This document shows, in pieces, positions 18,202 to 27,160 of a stretch of DNA of 64,000 nt. The stretch comes from Lachnospiraceae bacterium. GTDB lineage: Bacteria; Bacillota; Clostridia; Lachnospirales; Lachnospiraceae. A program made the position numbers and the translations under genes. The DNA is taken from assembly GCA_045530835.1 (NCBI GenBank), contig JAZSCW010000047.1, positions 3,879-67,878 of the forward strand, given 5' to 3'. The notes beneath the pieces are model-generated. The model was not told the origin of the DNA and did no database searches. It saw nothing but the letters and a program-made list of their open reading frames with translations. The first letter of the stretch is position 1. The number at the start of each line of letters is the position of its first letter.

Positions 18202-20643
18202 CTCAAACCGGATTTGCTGCGTTCTCTCTCTGCGTAAACAGAGCGCCAGAACAATCGTAATCACGATTCCCAGAACACTTACCAATGCTCCCGGAACCAG
18301 ATACGGATATTTCATTTTAATTATCGTTTTTCCGGCATTCACATAAAGAAGTTGCATTCTGTTTTCAATCAAATTATCACTTTCAAAAATGTCATGATAT
18401 GCCAATGTCGTATTCACCTTATCGACTCCGCTCTCAATCTCAATTGCCTTGTCGTGATAAGTAATTGAAAGCGGCACCACAGTTCTTTCAGGCAAAACAC
18501 CCGTCATGTCCCCAAAAACAGATTCCAATATCCGCTCAGCATTCGGATCCTGTGTCAGAAAATAGTGATAAGAAAGATTCAGACTGATAAAAACGATATT
18601 TTCGTTCTCTTTTGTTCCCAAAAAAGCCTGCTGTACTTCATGATCCCATAAACAACCCTCCACGCTATCAAGTCCGTTCATATACACTGTTGACCAGTCC
18701 GAAAAACCATCGGCAAATAAATTACAGTCAACCTCAGCCCCCCCAAAAAACAAAAGCGGATAACCATTTTCGAATAAAATCTGATTTGTTGAAACACCGA
18801 GAAATTCCGGAAGCTTAAGACGCTCATTCTCCGGCATGCCGTCAGCACAAATAATCACTTTCACGCCTGCAAGACTCAGTTTTAAAACCAGTTCCTCTGC
18901 CTCTTTTTTATTATCATAAGTAAAACGATCCAGATATACTATGTCATACTCAGCAAGTTCTTCAAACGTATAATCGTTCAGATTATGTGATAATGATTCT
19001 TCCATGGACGGAAAAACAAGACTCAACGCAGGTGCCGATGTACCGATTCCTATCATACGATACTTTGTGACAACCCCGAAGTTCTCCGGTGTATCACGAT
19101 GAAAAACAATATATTCCTCATTTTCCGCAGTTACATCATATAAGGATAGTTTTGCTGCTGCTTTCAGCGTTTCAACATCCTTTTCCTTATGTTTCAGCCG
19201 GTCTATTCGAACCAGAACGGTATCATTTCCCAGCTCAAGACACCTGTCAAAAAGATAGGGATAGTAACCGCTTGTCATTGCTTCATTCAATTGCACAATA
19301 TTGCGTGTTGTCGATGCCGCCTGCCAGCCTGCACCAAAGGTAGATTTTACTCTTTTTTCCCCGAATCCGGAAATCAGATACGCAGAATAGGCGCCAAGAG
19401 AACTTTCATCCATACATGCAAGACGCTGAAGCGTAACTTTTTTAGCTTCGTCAATCAGAGTGTTTTCTTCAAATGCCCCGAACTTCTCAATCTCTTTTAC
19501 CGTATCATAACCATCATAAATTTGCGGAAGCGAAGGCACAACATCAAGAAACAGCAAAACACAAATCAGCACAACAAAAGGCTTTTTCAAACTATCCCAA
19601 AGCAAAAACGAATACAAAATCATGCATAAAGCAATCGAGATAAAACGAAGCATCCACATATACTGGCTTCCGGGCAGATGTGAAAGCACGGAAAACATGG
19701 TCATCGATGTACTGATTAAAATAATCAATGCCGTAACAAACCCCGGAACAGACTTTTTGTAAGAACAAAGCAAACCAAACACAGCAAGCAAAAATGCTGC
19801 AAATCCGAAATAAAAATATGTGTTTCCGGAAATAAGACGTTCCAGGGGATTAAGTGTAATCCATAATTTTTGAAAAAAGGTTACCATCGTCTGAGAACTG
19901 TCCGTGGAAGTTAATCCTCCAATCAATGAAGGCACAAGCCAGATTCCCGTAACCAAAAATGCAAGTCCTAACGCTGTAAATACCAGAGATATTTTATGTA
20001 TTTTCGGATTTGCTATTTTATAAATAACCAGATAAACAACAAGCGATGCCGCAATCATCATTGCATAACCTGAGTGACACAAAGAAATAAGCATCATCCA
20101 AAGTACGATCCATAGCCATCTTTTATGATGTTTATCCTGAAGATATTCCTGCACGGCAAAAATCAAAAGCGGCAAAAAAATCATGGAAAGAGAACGAGGC
20201 AGATTTCCCTCCGTAAACAATGCATACAGATTGTTCGGCATAAAAAACCAAAGAATGCCCAATACCGCCCCCAGATGCGGTCTTTCTTTGCGAATACCGA
20301 TAAACAGCCATGCCAACGCTCCAAGAAAGAATACAAATGCCACAAAAATCTTATATCCCCACAAAAGATTTCCCCCGGCAATCAGTTGACAGAACGCAAT
20401 AAAATAAACAGGAAGCGGTGCCCAAAAACGCATCATCTGCACGCCGTTATACCAGAATGCATCATAATATGGGTATAAATTCCCCTCTGTAATATTTGTA
20501 TAAAGCACGTCTGCTTTATACAAATGACACATGGTATCCACACCCTTTGGGTAATCCCACGCCAGATACAATAATCCAACCAGCCCGGCTGCAATCGTTG
20601 CATAAATAACCACTGCAGCAATACTATTCAGCGCTTTTTTCAC
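18196..20643 (-). CDS. Multi-TM 6-pyruvoyl-tetrahydropterin-synthase-related membrane protein (probable GT-C-like)
   Basis: YPKGVDTMCHLYK...LYPYYDAFWYNGVQMMRFWAPL, many TM segments, large extracellular region and C-terminal TM. Typical member of XrtG loci. Confidence 0.72.
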   Translation of the reverse strand: MKKALNSIAAVVIYATIAAGLVGLLYLAWDYPKGVDTMCHLYKADVLYTNITEGNLYPYYDAFWYNGVQMMRFWAPLPVYFIAFCQLIAGGNLLWGYKIFVAFVFFLGALAWLFIGIRKERPHLGAVLGILWFFMPNNLYALFTEGNLPRSLSMIFLPLLIFAVQEYLQDKHHKRWLWIVLWMMLISLCHSGYAMMIAASLVVYLVIYKIANPKIHKISLVFTALGLAFLVTGIWLVPSLIGGLTSTDSSQTMVTFFQKLWITLNPLERLISGNTYFYFGFAAFLLAVFGLLCSYKKSVPGFVTALIILISTSMTMFSVLSHLPGSQYMWMLRFISIALCMILYSFLLWDSLKKPFVVLICVLLFLDVVPSLPQIYDGYDTVKEIEKFGAFEENTLIDEAKKVTLQRLACMDESSLGAYSAYLISGFGEKRVKSTFGAGWQAASTTRNIVQLNEAMTSGYYPYLFDRCLELGNDTVLVRIDRLKHKEKDVETLKAAAKLSLYDVTAENEEYIVFHRDTPENFGVVTKYRMIGIGTSAPALSLVFPSMEESLSHNLNDYTFEELAEYDIVYLDRFTYDNKKEAEELVLKLSLAGVKVIICADGMPENERLKLPEFLGVSTNQILFENGYPLLFFGGAEVDCNLFADGFSDWSTVYMNGLDSVEGCLWDHEVQQAFLGTKENENIVFISLNLSYHYFLTQDPNAERILESVFGDMTGVLPERTVVPLSITYHDKAIEIESGVDKVNTTLAYHDIFESDNLIENRMQLLYVNAGKTIIKMKYPYLVPGALVSVLGIVITIVLALCLRRERTQQIRFEE

Positions 20644-20655
20644 TCACTTCACCTC

Positions 20656-21117
20656 TCATCCGGAAATCTCATCAACAATGCTTCCGATGATTTCATTCAT
20701 TCTTTCCTTTGAATTCCTTTCCATCATACGAATAAACTGAATATCATCCTGAAAGCCGATTACATAGCTTCTTGTCGGTGTTTCACTGCTTTCAAGTTTC
20801 ACTACCTCTCCTCCGATTCCCCTTACAAGATTGCGTAATTCCTCCGCAAAATAATCCGCAATGTTCTCCAATGTCGGAACAATCCTGTCAAACGGTTCGA
20901 CGTCATTCATAATGCGATTCTGAAAACGGGAAAGATACTCTTCAATCGCTTTCTCATAATACGCAAATTCAACAAACTGTTCCTGATCACGCAATATGCA
21001 GATTTCAAACTCCCATGTATGGGGATGAAGTTGTCCGGCTTTTCCGTCAATATAAATGTAATGATTTGCATTCAAATAGAACTTAAACTTATATTCCCGA
21101 TAAATGTTTACTGCCAT
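20656..21117 (-). CDS. QueD/PTPS-like protein (TIGR03112-type, exosortase G-associated)
   Basis: YREYKFKFYLNANH...HPHTWE...PTLENIA...SETPTRSY; lacks the QueD catalytic Cys. Confidence 0.82.
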   Translation of the reverse strand: MAVNIYREYKFKFYLNANHYIYIDGKAGQLHPHTWEFEICILRDQEQFVEFAYYEKAIEEYLSRFQNRIMNDVEPFDRIVPTLENIADYFAEELRNLVRGIGGEVVKLESSETPTRSYVIGFQDDIQFIRMMERNSKERMNEIIGSIVDEISG

Positions 21118-22213
21118 TTCCCTTCACCTTCTCCCTGATTTTATCATACAGCATCTCAAGTGATTCGTACCCGTCTTGTGCGGAAATACTTGCCAAAACA
21201 GTCACATTACCATCTAAAAAAGTCTGAAGCGAAGACATTGACTCCGCCATTGTATACTTGACAAAAACAAGCAATAGCCGGTTCTCCTCAAGCGGAGAGA
21301 AACGCAAAACCTTTTTATCCAGAAAAACCTGCGCCTTCTCCAAAAACGCAACACAGTCCGCAGGCGCTTGAAATTCAAGATAAATTGCCGTTATCGGATA
21401 TAATTTCTTGCGATCCAGATTAGCAGAAAACATCGGTATTAACGATTCGTCAAAAAGATTCCATCTTGCCTGATAAGCATCCATCGCTTTCAGTTCCCGT
21501 CCGAGCGTTTCGAGCGCCAGATTCTTCTGTTCAATTTCCTTCATCAACCTGCGATGCTTCTCCCTCTGCAAAAATACGCCCGTTACCAGTGCAATTCCTG
21601 CAACGGTTGCGCCGGAAATCATCAGACTCAGGACTATCCACAATGTGATTTTAGCTGACAGAAAATGATTATTATCAAGAATTACGGTGCGATTTGTCAG
21701 CAAACAAATTCTGTAAACATTATCGTGATAATCAAACGCTGCCCCACTGGCTACATATAAATCACCATCAATATAAATCATCTGATGCGTCACATAATTT
21801 AGTTTTAATCCTTCCAAAAACTGTTTTGCCGTCTCAGACACATAATAAGTTTCTGTTGTAAACCCCTTGTAACGATACGTTTCCGTAACATCTTTTACAA
21901 ACAAAATAGATTCTTCTTTGGAAAGTGTCCAGTATTTCTGTCCCGATACATCAAGAGAATTCAGGATATCCTCAATAATTTCTTCATCCGAATAGAATTT
22001 TTTCATATTAATCTGATCGAGCACAAGTTGCACATAATCATCCTGCTGATCTGCATATATTTCAAGCACATGATCATCATACACCTTAATCTGATAAAAT
22101 CCGACAAAGGCAAATACTGCCATGATTCCAAGCAGAATTACAGTAAAAATGGTGTAATTAAATTCATAATCCTTAACTTTCCTGCGTACTTTCTTCATCC
22201 GTTTTCTCCACAT
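21089..22213 (-). CDS. Membrane protein with two TM segments, an extracellular domain and a cytoplasmic coiled-coil plus alpha/beta domain
   Basis: TM segments near residues 20-40 and 190-215; translationally coupled within the XrtG operon. Confidence 0.75.
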   Translation of the reverse strand: MWRKRMKKVRRKVKDYEFNYTIFTVILLGIMAVFAFVGFYQIKVYDDHVLEIYADQQDDYVQLVLDQINMKKFYSDEEIIEDILNSLDVSGQKYWTLSKEESILFVKDVTETYRYKGFTTETYYVSETAKQFLEGLKLNYVTHQMIYIDGDLYVASGAAFDYHDNVYRICLLTNRTVILDNNHFLSAKITLWIVLSLMISGATVAGIALVTGVFLQREKHRRLMKEIEQKNLALETLGRELKAMDAYQARWNLFDESLIPMFSANLDRKKLYPITAIYLEFQAPADCVAFLEKAQVFLDKKVLRFSPLEENRLLLVFVKYTMAESMSSLQTFLDGNVTVLASISAQDGYESLEMLYDKIREKVKGNGSKHLSGI

Positions 22214-23567
22214 TCACATATTTTTTCATTTTTCCGAAAAAGTTAATTAAAATTTTAAAATCATTTTTAACCACAGCAAGAAAAGAATCCCACTCCTGCG
22301 ATAAATTCCTTGTTCTCCATGCGCTATCCGTGTTAATACTGTTAATTACACCCGCAAATCGAATAAAAAATACCAACAAATTGAAAAAAGGCAAAAAAGG
22401 AACCACATACCACTGCTTCGCATAGTAATTCCGAATCAACTTAAAATTCCACAGAAATCCGATTGTCGAAAAGAAATAAAAATATCCGACAATTGTGTAT
22501 AAGACAAACAAAATAACCAATGAAAGTAAAATCATCTTGTAGGAATAATTCATACCCATCAGACAAAAAAGCGCCAAATACCATATCATACGTGGAAATG
22601 CAAATGTATGATCATATACCAGCGTTCTCACATTGACATCAGTAAACATATGGCGAACTTTCATACGTCCTTTCAAAAAGAGATTGGATACTTCAAGACT
22701 TCCTCTTTGCCAACGCTGTCTTTGTGTATAAAGCTTATTGATATCCTCAATCGGGTCCACAAAGAAAATGGCATCCTCACAAATTGCAACTTTTTTATTC
22801 TGAAGAATTTTCATCTGAAAAGTTATTTGTGTATCCTCACAAATGGTATCGGTGTTATACAACTGTGATTTCAGCACAACCGACTTGCGAAAGGCCGAAA
22901 AAGCACCGGAAAGCGTATAAATAGCATTCATCTCAGATGCATAATTTCTCCCCGCCAGAAACGCCTGTGCATATTCAAGAAACTCCATTTTCCGAAACAT
23001 TTTCGGCATGATGAAACGGTACTGTTCTACAAGACGCGGTTCAATCATAATTGCCCCCGTCACACACTCTATGGTTTCATCGCTCTCAAACATGGTAACC
23101 ATGTTACGCAAAGCACTACGCTCGAGAATACCGTCACTGTCTATATGAACAATATACTTTCCTTCACTGTTAAAAAGAGCAAGATTCAATGCCTTGGATT
23201 TTCCCTGCTTGGCATTCAGCCACTGCATCAGCAAATCCGGATACTCCTTTTGGCACTCGCAAAACACTTTAAAACTATCATCTTTTCCCTCGTTGTTCAC
23301 GAGAAAAATACGGATGGATTCATTTGGGTAGTCACTTGCTGCAATGGAGCGAATACATTGGTGCAAGGTTCCTTGTGAATTATATACCGGAATAATCAAA
23401 GAAATTTCCGGATAAACGGACAATGCTTTTCTTTTTGCAGGAAAAAGACGCTTTTTCAACAGAATTACAACGCTCCCCAACGAAGGAATAATCTCCATTA
23501 TGACAGGAATAATAACCCAGCCGGCCCAAAAAATAGAAGAATTGAAGATTCTATTTAGTAGCTCCAT
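22173..23567 (-). CDS. GT2 glycosyltransferase, exosortase G-associated (TIGR03111-like; IcaA/PgaC-type motifs)
   Basis: IIPVYN, GKSKALN, DSD, SGAFSAFR, CED, QRQRW; flanking TM helices. RBS AGGAGG before ATG 23567. Confidence 0.9.
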   Translation of the reverse strand: MELLNRIFNSSIFWAGWVIIPVIMEIIPSLGSVVILLKKRLFPAKRKALSVYPEISLIIPVYNSQGTLHQCIRSIAASDYPNESIRIFLVNNEGKDDSFKVFCECQKEYPDLLMQWLNAKQGKSKALNLALFNSEGKYIVHIDSDGILERSALRNMVTMFESDETIECVTGAIMIEPRLVEQYRFIMPKMFRKMEFLEYAQAFLAGRNYASEMNAIYTLSGAFSAFRKSVVLKSQLYNTDTICEDTQITFQMKILQNKKVAICEDAIFFVDPIEDINKLYTQRQRWQRGSLEVSNLFLKGRMKVRHMFTDVNVRTLVYDHTFAFPRMIWYLALFCLMGMNYSYKMILLSLVILFVLYTIVGYFYFFSTIGFLWNFKLIRNYYAKQWYVVPFLPFFNLLVFFIRFAGVINSINTDSAWRTRNLSQEWDSFLAVVKNDFKILINFFGKMKKYVNVEKTDEESTQES

Positions 23568-24147
23568 AGACAAAACCTCCTACCTTCTGACGCAAAATCT
23601 GCGTACGGGTAAACACAACAAAATACAATGCAACAGATAGCGCATAGAATAAAATACGCCCTACAAAAGTATGTGCCGCATAATATGCCGGCACCCCCCA
23701 AAAATATATCATCGTGGCAATCACCGCAATGCGGAGTGCATTGGCAAATACAATATAAAAAACACCTACAATCCCCACAAAAACTTTTTCCCAGGGACGG
23801 TATGCTTTAAAGAACAGCAACAAACTTAAATAGGCCATGATTTCAAGAATGCCCGAACATTCAAAATCAATCACCAGACTCATTGCGTCAAAAGGGGACT
23901 GCACAAGAATAACGCCATACTTAAAGTAAGCAGAATACATTCCTGTCACAGCCCCGAACACACCTGAAATTGCGGTTACAATCTGTGCAAGCGGCTGTGT
24001 CAGAACCGGTCTGACAAAAATCATCATGATAACAAACAGCCCGCAACTTCCCCACAGGAAATGCCAAAAATGTAACTCGCTCTTACGCATCACACGCAAT
24101 ATGTATAACCAAAATACAATCAATACAATGCCTAAAAAAATGTTCAT
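23551..24147 (-). CDS. xrtG: Exosortase family protein XrtG
   Basis: Hydrophobic 198 aa with the exosortase triad motifs IDFECSG (Cys), NALR (Arg) and AHTFVGR (His); adjacent to the Firmicu-CTERM protein and the GT. Confidence 0.88.
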   Translation of the reverse strand: MNIFLGIVLIVFWLYILRVMRKSELHFWHFLWGSCGLFVIMMIFVRPVLTQPLAQIVTAISGVFGAVTGMYSAYFKYGVILVQSPFDAMSLVIDFECSGILEIMAYLSLLLFFKAYRPWEKVFVGIVGVFYIVFANALRIAVIATMIYFWGVPAYYAAHTFVGRILFYALSVALYFVVFTRTQILRQKVGGFVYGATK

Positions 24148-24148
24148 C

Positions 24149-25336
24149 CTAATGCCCTTTCTGTTTTCTCAAACAAGTTGCAAACCCAAGTGATACTACA
24201 GACATGGATAAAATCATTCCCACAATCGGTCCCGTCGAGGTTCCTGCGGTGCTGATCCATTCATCACCAAGACGCACATAATATGCTTCTATCAATTGTA
24301 AATCCGTAACGTCCAGTCCAAAATGCGCAGCCATTTTATCCATATCAATGACATATTCCGCATTCAATTCTGTCGCCGTAACGGTAAGTAATATTTTTCC
24401 GTAAATCGGACATTCCGAATCATTTATATTTTTATGATCCTCAGAAGCATTGTTATCCCACAGATAATATTCATACACACCTTCTTCATAAGAATAAATG
24501 CTGTGTGAAAATAACTCATCATACAAAATTGCATCATTATTTTCATCCAATTCCACGGGTTTTAATTCTATCAGCTTACCGTCATTGTTCAAATGATTGA
24601 ATCGCAATTTAATCGGAAAGAACAACTGAGGACACAAATCATGCATCTGGGTTGATGCACAATACACGTGCCCAAACAATTCATTTTCCTCAAGATACAA
24701 TGCACCATTGCAATCCGAAAAAGCATCCGAATACTGAATCAACTCATGCGGATAATATGTCCAATCTCCATACATACCATCATATACGATTCCGTTAAAA
24801 CTTTTATCTGTTGTCGTGTCCGGATGTAAATTGGCAACATTCTCAATAAAAAGATTCCCCAGATAATATCCATAAGAAATAGTTTCTTTATATTCTGCAA
24901 TTTCAGACACGGGAATCGCTATTTCGTATATTCCGCCTTGAAATGCCAACGTTGCGCCATCAACACCGGCCACATAAAACCCTGTATTATTATCCCCTGT
25001 TATCTGGAAATTAGTTGTTTTTCCCAAATCCGTAACAATTACAAAACGACCGTTCCTGTTTGGCCCGGACCACGTAACATGTCCCGAGTGACCGGTCTCC
25101 TCTATGTAAATGTAAATAAAATCGCCATCGAAAACCATGGCAGTATTCGTAATCGCCGGATCGTCCAAAGATGAATTATCCACCGATACTTTTTCCACAC
25201 TGTCCCAATCCGTGAATACACCGTCAATTGTGATACCGGCATATGCATCTGCCGCCTCAACAGAATCAGATGTCACAAACAGGAAAACAGCGACCATCGC
25301 GACTAATAGAAATTTGGGTGCCATTCTTTTTCTCAT
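24149..25336 (-). CDS. Secreted Firmicu-CTERM sorting-domain protein
   Basis: Signal peptide; two IDGxFxDW/YDGxYxDW repeats; C-terminal AGTSTGP, then TM and basic tail. Confidence 0.85.
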   Translation of the reverse strand: MRKRMAPKFLLVAMVAVFLFVTSDSVEAADAYAGITIDGVFTDWDSVEKVSVDNSSLDDPAITNTAMVFDGDFIYIYIEETGHSGHVTWSGPNRNGRFVIVTDLGKTTNFQITGDNNTGFYVAGVDGATLAFQGGIYEIAIPVSEIAEYKETISYGYYLGNLFIENVANLHPDTTTDKSFNGIVYDGMYGDWTYYPHELIQYSDAFSDCNGALYLEENELFGHVYCASTQMHDLCPQLFFPIKLRFNHLNNDGKLIELKPVELDENNDAILYDELFSHSIYSYEEGVYEYYLWDNNASEDHKNINDSECPIYGKILLTVTATELNAEYVIDMDKMAAHFGLDVTDLQLIEAYYVRLGDEWISTAGTSTGPIVGMILSMSVVSLGFATCLRKQKGH

Positions 25337-25704
25337 CGTTCATACCTTCTTTCAAATGTGCCTGTAGAAATTGCGTACACCCGCAAAGGGTTTTCGCTGA
25401 TTTCCATTCGTTCAAGCTTCCATGGAGTATCCTCATAACACTTCATCAATTCTTTCCATACAACCTCACCGACATTTTCCACACTGGTATTACCTTCAAA
25501 AACTTCCATATCATTCAAATATTTGTGCTGATAGGTCTGTAGCGCACGGTCCATATAGTACTCCATATCAGAGAATTCAAAAAAATCCGCATTTGGTGTT
25601 TCTAAAAATATTTCTATTTCAAAAACATGTCCATGCGCATCCTGCTTTACATTATTTCTGCTATGTGTAATATTCAACCGATACTTCAAACAATAGTATT
25701 TCAT
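25333..25704 (-). CDS. Second QueD/PTPS-like protein of the XrtG locus
   Basis: YRLNITH...HGHVFEIE...YLND...TSVENVG...ISENP; RBS AGGAG. Confidence 0.8.
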   Translation of the reverse strand: MKYYCLKYRLNITHSRNNVKQDAHGHVFEIEIFLETPNADFFEFSDMEYYMDRALQTYQHKYLNDMEVFEGNTSVENVGEVVWKELMKCYEDTPWKLERMEISENPLRVYAISTGTFERRYER

Positions 25705-25881
25705 ATGCTATTTCTCCTGCTTATATTTTATCACTTTTTATCGTAACAAAAAAGCATCCAAAGCAACATTTTTATATTATAAAACAAAATTAAGGTCAAA
25801 AATATCTCATAAAAGCAAATATTATTATATTTTATATTTATATCGGCCTTTTTTGTGAATAAATTAATATCTTTTCCTTGG

Positions 25882-25935
25882 CATTCATCTTTGCAGTGGA
25901 ATATACTTTTTCACTCAACCCATTCATCTTTACAG
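25882..25935. repeat. 15-bp direct repeat near the element end
   Basis: CATTCATCTTTGCAG (25882-25896) and CATTCATCTTTACAG (25921-25935). Confidence 0.6.
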
Positions 25936-25990
25936 AAAATTTGCCTTTTCACAAAAAAACTTATCCATAACGTCGCTTCTTTCGTCTTTT

Positions 25991-26020
25991 TCATAAACAC
26001 CTGTTTACAGGAATTCATAA
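25991..26020. other. attL-type junction of the spoVD-intervening element
   Basis: Minus strand TTATGAATTCCTGT-AA-ACAGGTGTTTATGA. Core AA at 26005-26006 flanked by a CCTGT/ACAGG inverted repeat. Confidence 0.88.
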
Positions 26021-27089
26021 TTCCCTGTGTAAAAGTCTCACTGCCATGGCCGTTTGTTTTATGACACCGAATTCTACGATCCTCTACCATGATATATCCC
26101 GGACAATGAAAAGCTTCCTGCGTTGTTACAATTCCCGCTTCCAGTCCGGCTGCCGCCGTGATAATCTTGAATGTCGAACCGGGTTCATAGGTATCATTAA
26201 TACAGCCGTTACGCCAGATATTATTCAAATAATCCTGATACTCTTTGTCATCAGTAAACTTAATGCCATTCGTTTCATACGGTTCATTCAGATTGAACTC
26301 AGGAACGTCTGCCATAGCATAGATTTCACCATTCCGGGGATTCATTACAATCATGGAAACTCGCTCCCCCTGTGTTTTCTCTTTTGCAAGCATACAAAGC
26401 TGTGTTGCGTAAGTCTGGATATTCCAGTCGAGAGTAAGTCGCAAATCAGCACCCTTTACCGGTTCTAACCGATGTTCTGCTTCAGACTCAAGTTCCACTC
26501 CTCTTGCATCCGTTACAGTCAGAATGGTGCCTGCTTTTCCCTGCAAGTATTCATCATAAACCACTTCCAAACCAATTATTCCCTGATTATCTCCACCCGT
26601 AAAACCCAAAACCTTAGAAGCAATATCATTATAGGGATAATATCTCTTATAATCCTCATCTACTTTTACTCCCGCCAAATTGTATTCCCTTATCCGATCT
26701 CCTGTTTCCTTATCTACATTAGAACGTATCTTTTCAATAGATGAGTATTTTTCAACACGCTTCCGGATTGTTTCTTCCGGCATTTCCAGTTCTTTGGCCA
26801 AAACAGTGATTACCTTTTCGGGGTCGGAAATCTGATTATGTATCACAGATACAGTACACACAACACAGTTATCACCGACCACAACCCCGTTCCTGTCAAG
26901 CAAACGACCTCTTGCCGCTTTCACCATACGTTCTCTCTCATGCAATTCCTGTGCTTTTTCTGAATAAAATTCACCTTTTGCAATCATCACATAAAAAATG
27001 CGTATTTGTAAAACAAAAAAAATGAAAACTGCAAGAAAGAAAAAACACAATATCCGTTTATGATGTCTTGTTTTGTTTCTCTTTTCCAT
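26007..27089 (-). CDS. spoVD: 5' part (361 aa) of split spoVD class B penicillin-binding protein
   Basis: TM anchor, ARGRLLDRNG, KRYYPY dimerization domain, YEPGSTFK (SxxK), ending GHGSETFTQGIMNSC. The ORF runs 31 unrelated codons into the element, to the stop at 25911. Confidence 0.9.
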
Positions 27090-27095
27090 ACAAAA

Positions 27096-27149
27096 AACCT
27101 CACGCAGGTCACTTAATAATAGTTTATTAGTGCCTATGTGAGGTTATTC
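27096..27149 (-). promoter_or_regulatory. Putative sigma-E promoter of spoVD nested in an RBS-sequestering/terminator hairpin
   Basis: GAATA (27145-27149)-16 bp-AATAAACT (27121-27128). Inverted repeat AACCTCACATAGG...CCTGCGTGAGGTT includes the GAGGT RBS and is followed by a T tract. Confidence 0.65.
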
Positions 27150-27160
27150 TGCCAAATATT

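Larger units (their letters stand above)
16424..26006 (-). mobile_element. 9,583-bp serine-recombinase gene-intervening element inserted in spoVD (skin-like, non-prophage)
   Basis: It separates two in-frame halves of spoVD. Both ends share an AA dinucleotide, the joined ends give a TCATAAACAC/GTGTTTATGA inverted repeat, and a large serine recombinase lies next to one end. Confidence 0.92.

Noticed and set aside
25895-25952. c-di-GMP-I riboswitch-like AAAAGGCAAA...GTAA hairpin on the minus strand
   Set aside because: The conserved GACGCAAA and second stem are missing. It would need an Rfam RF01051 hit.
16424-26006. Prophage, ICE or IS/transposon
   Set aside because: No structural, replication, conjugation or transposase genes and no target-site duplication beyond the 2-bp core.
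15749-27089. Two independent PBP genes, or a dead spoVD pseudogene
   Set aside because: The halves are complementary, join in frame at a 2-bp core with nothing lost or duplicated, and show no decay. The TTG start at 16399 is internal.
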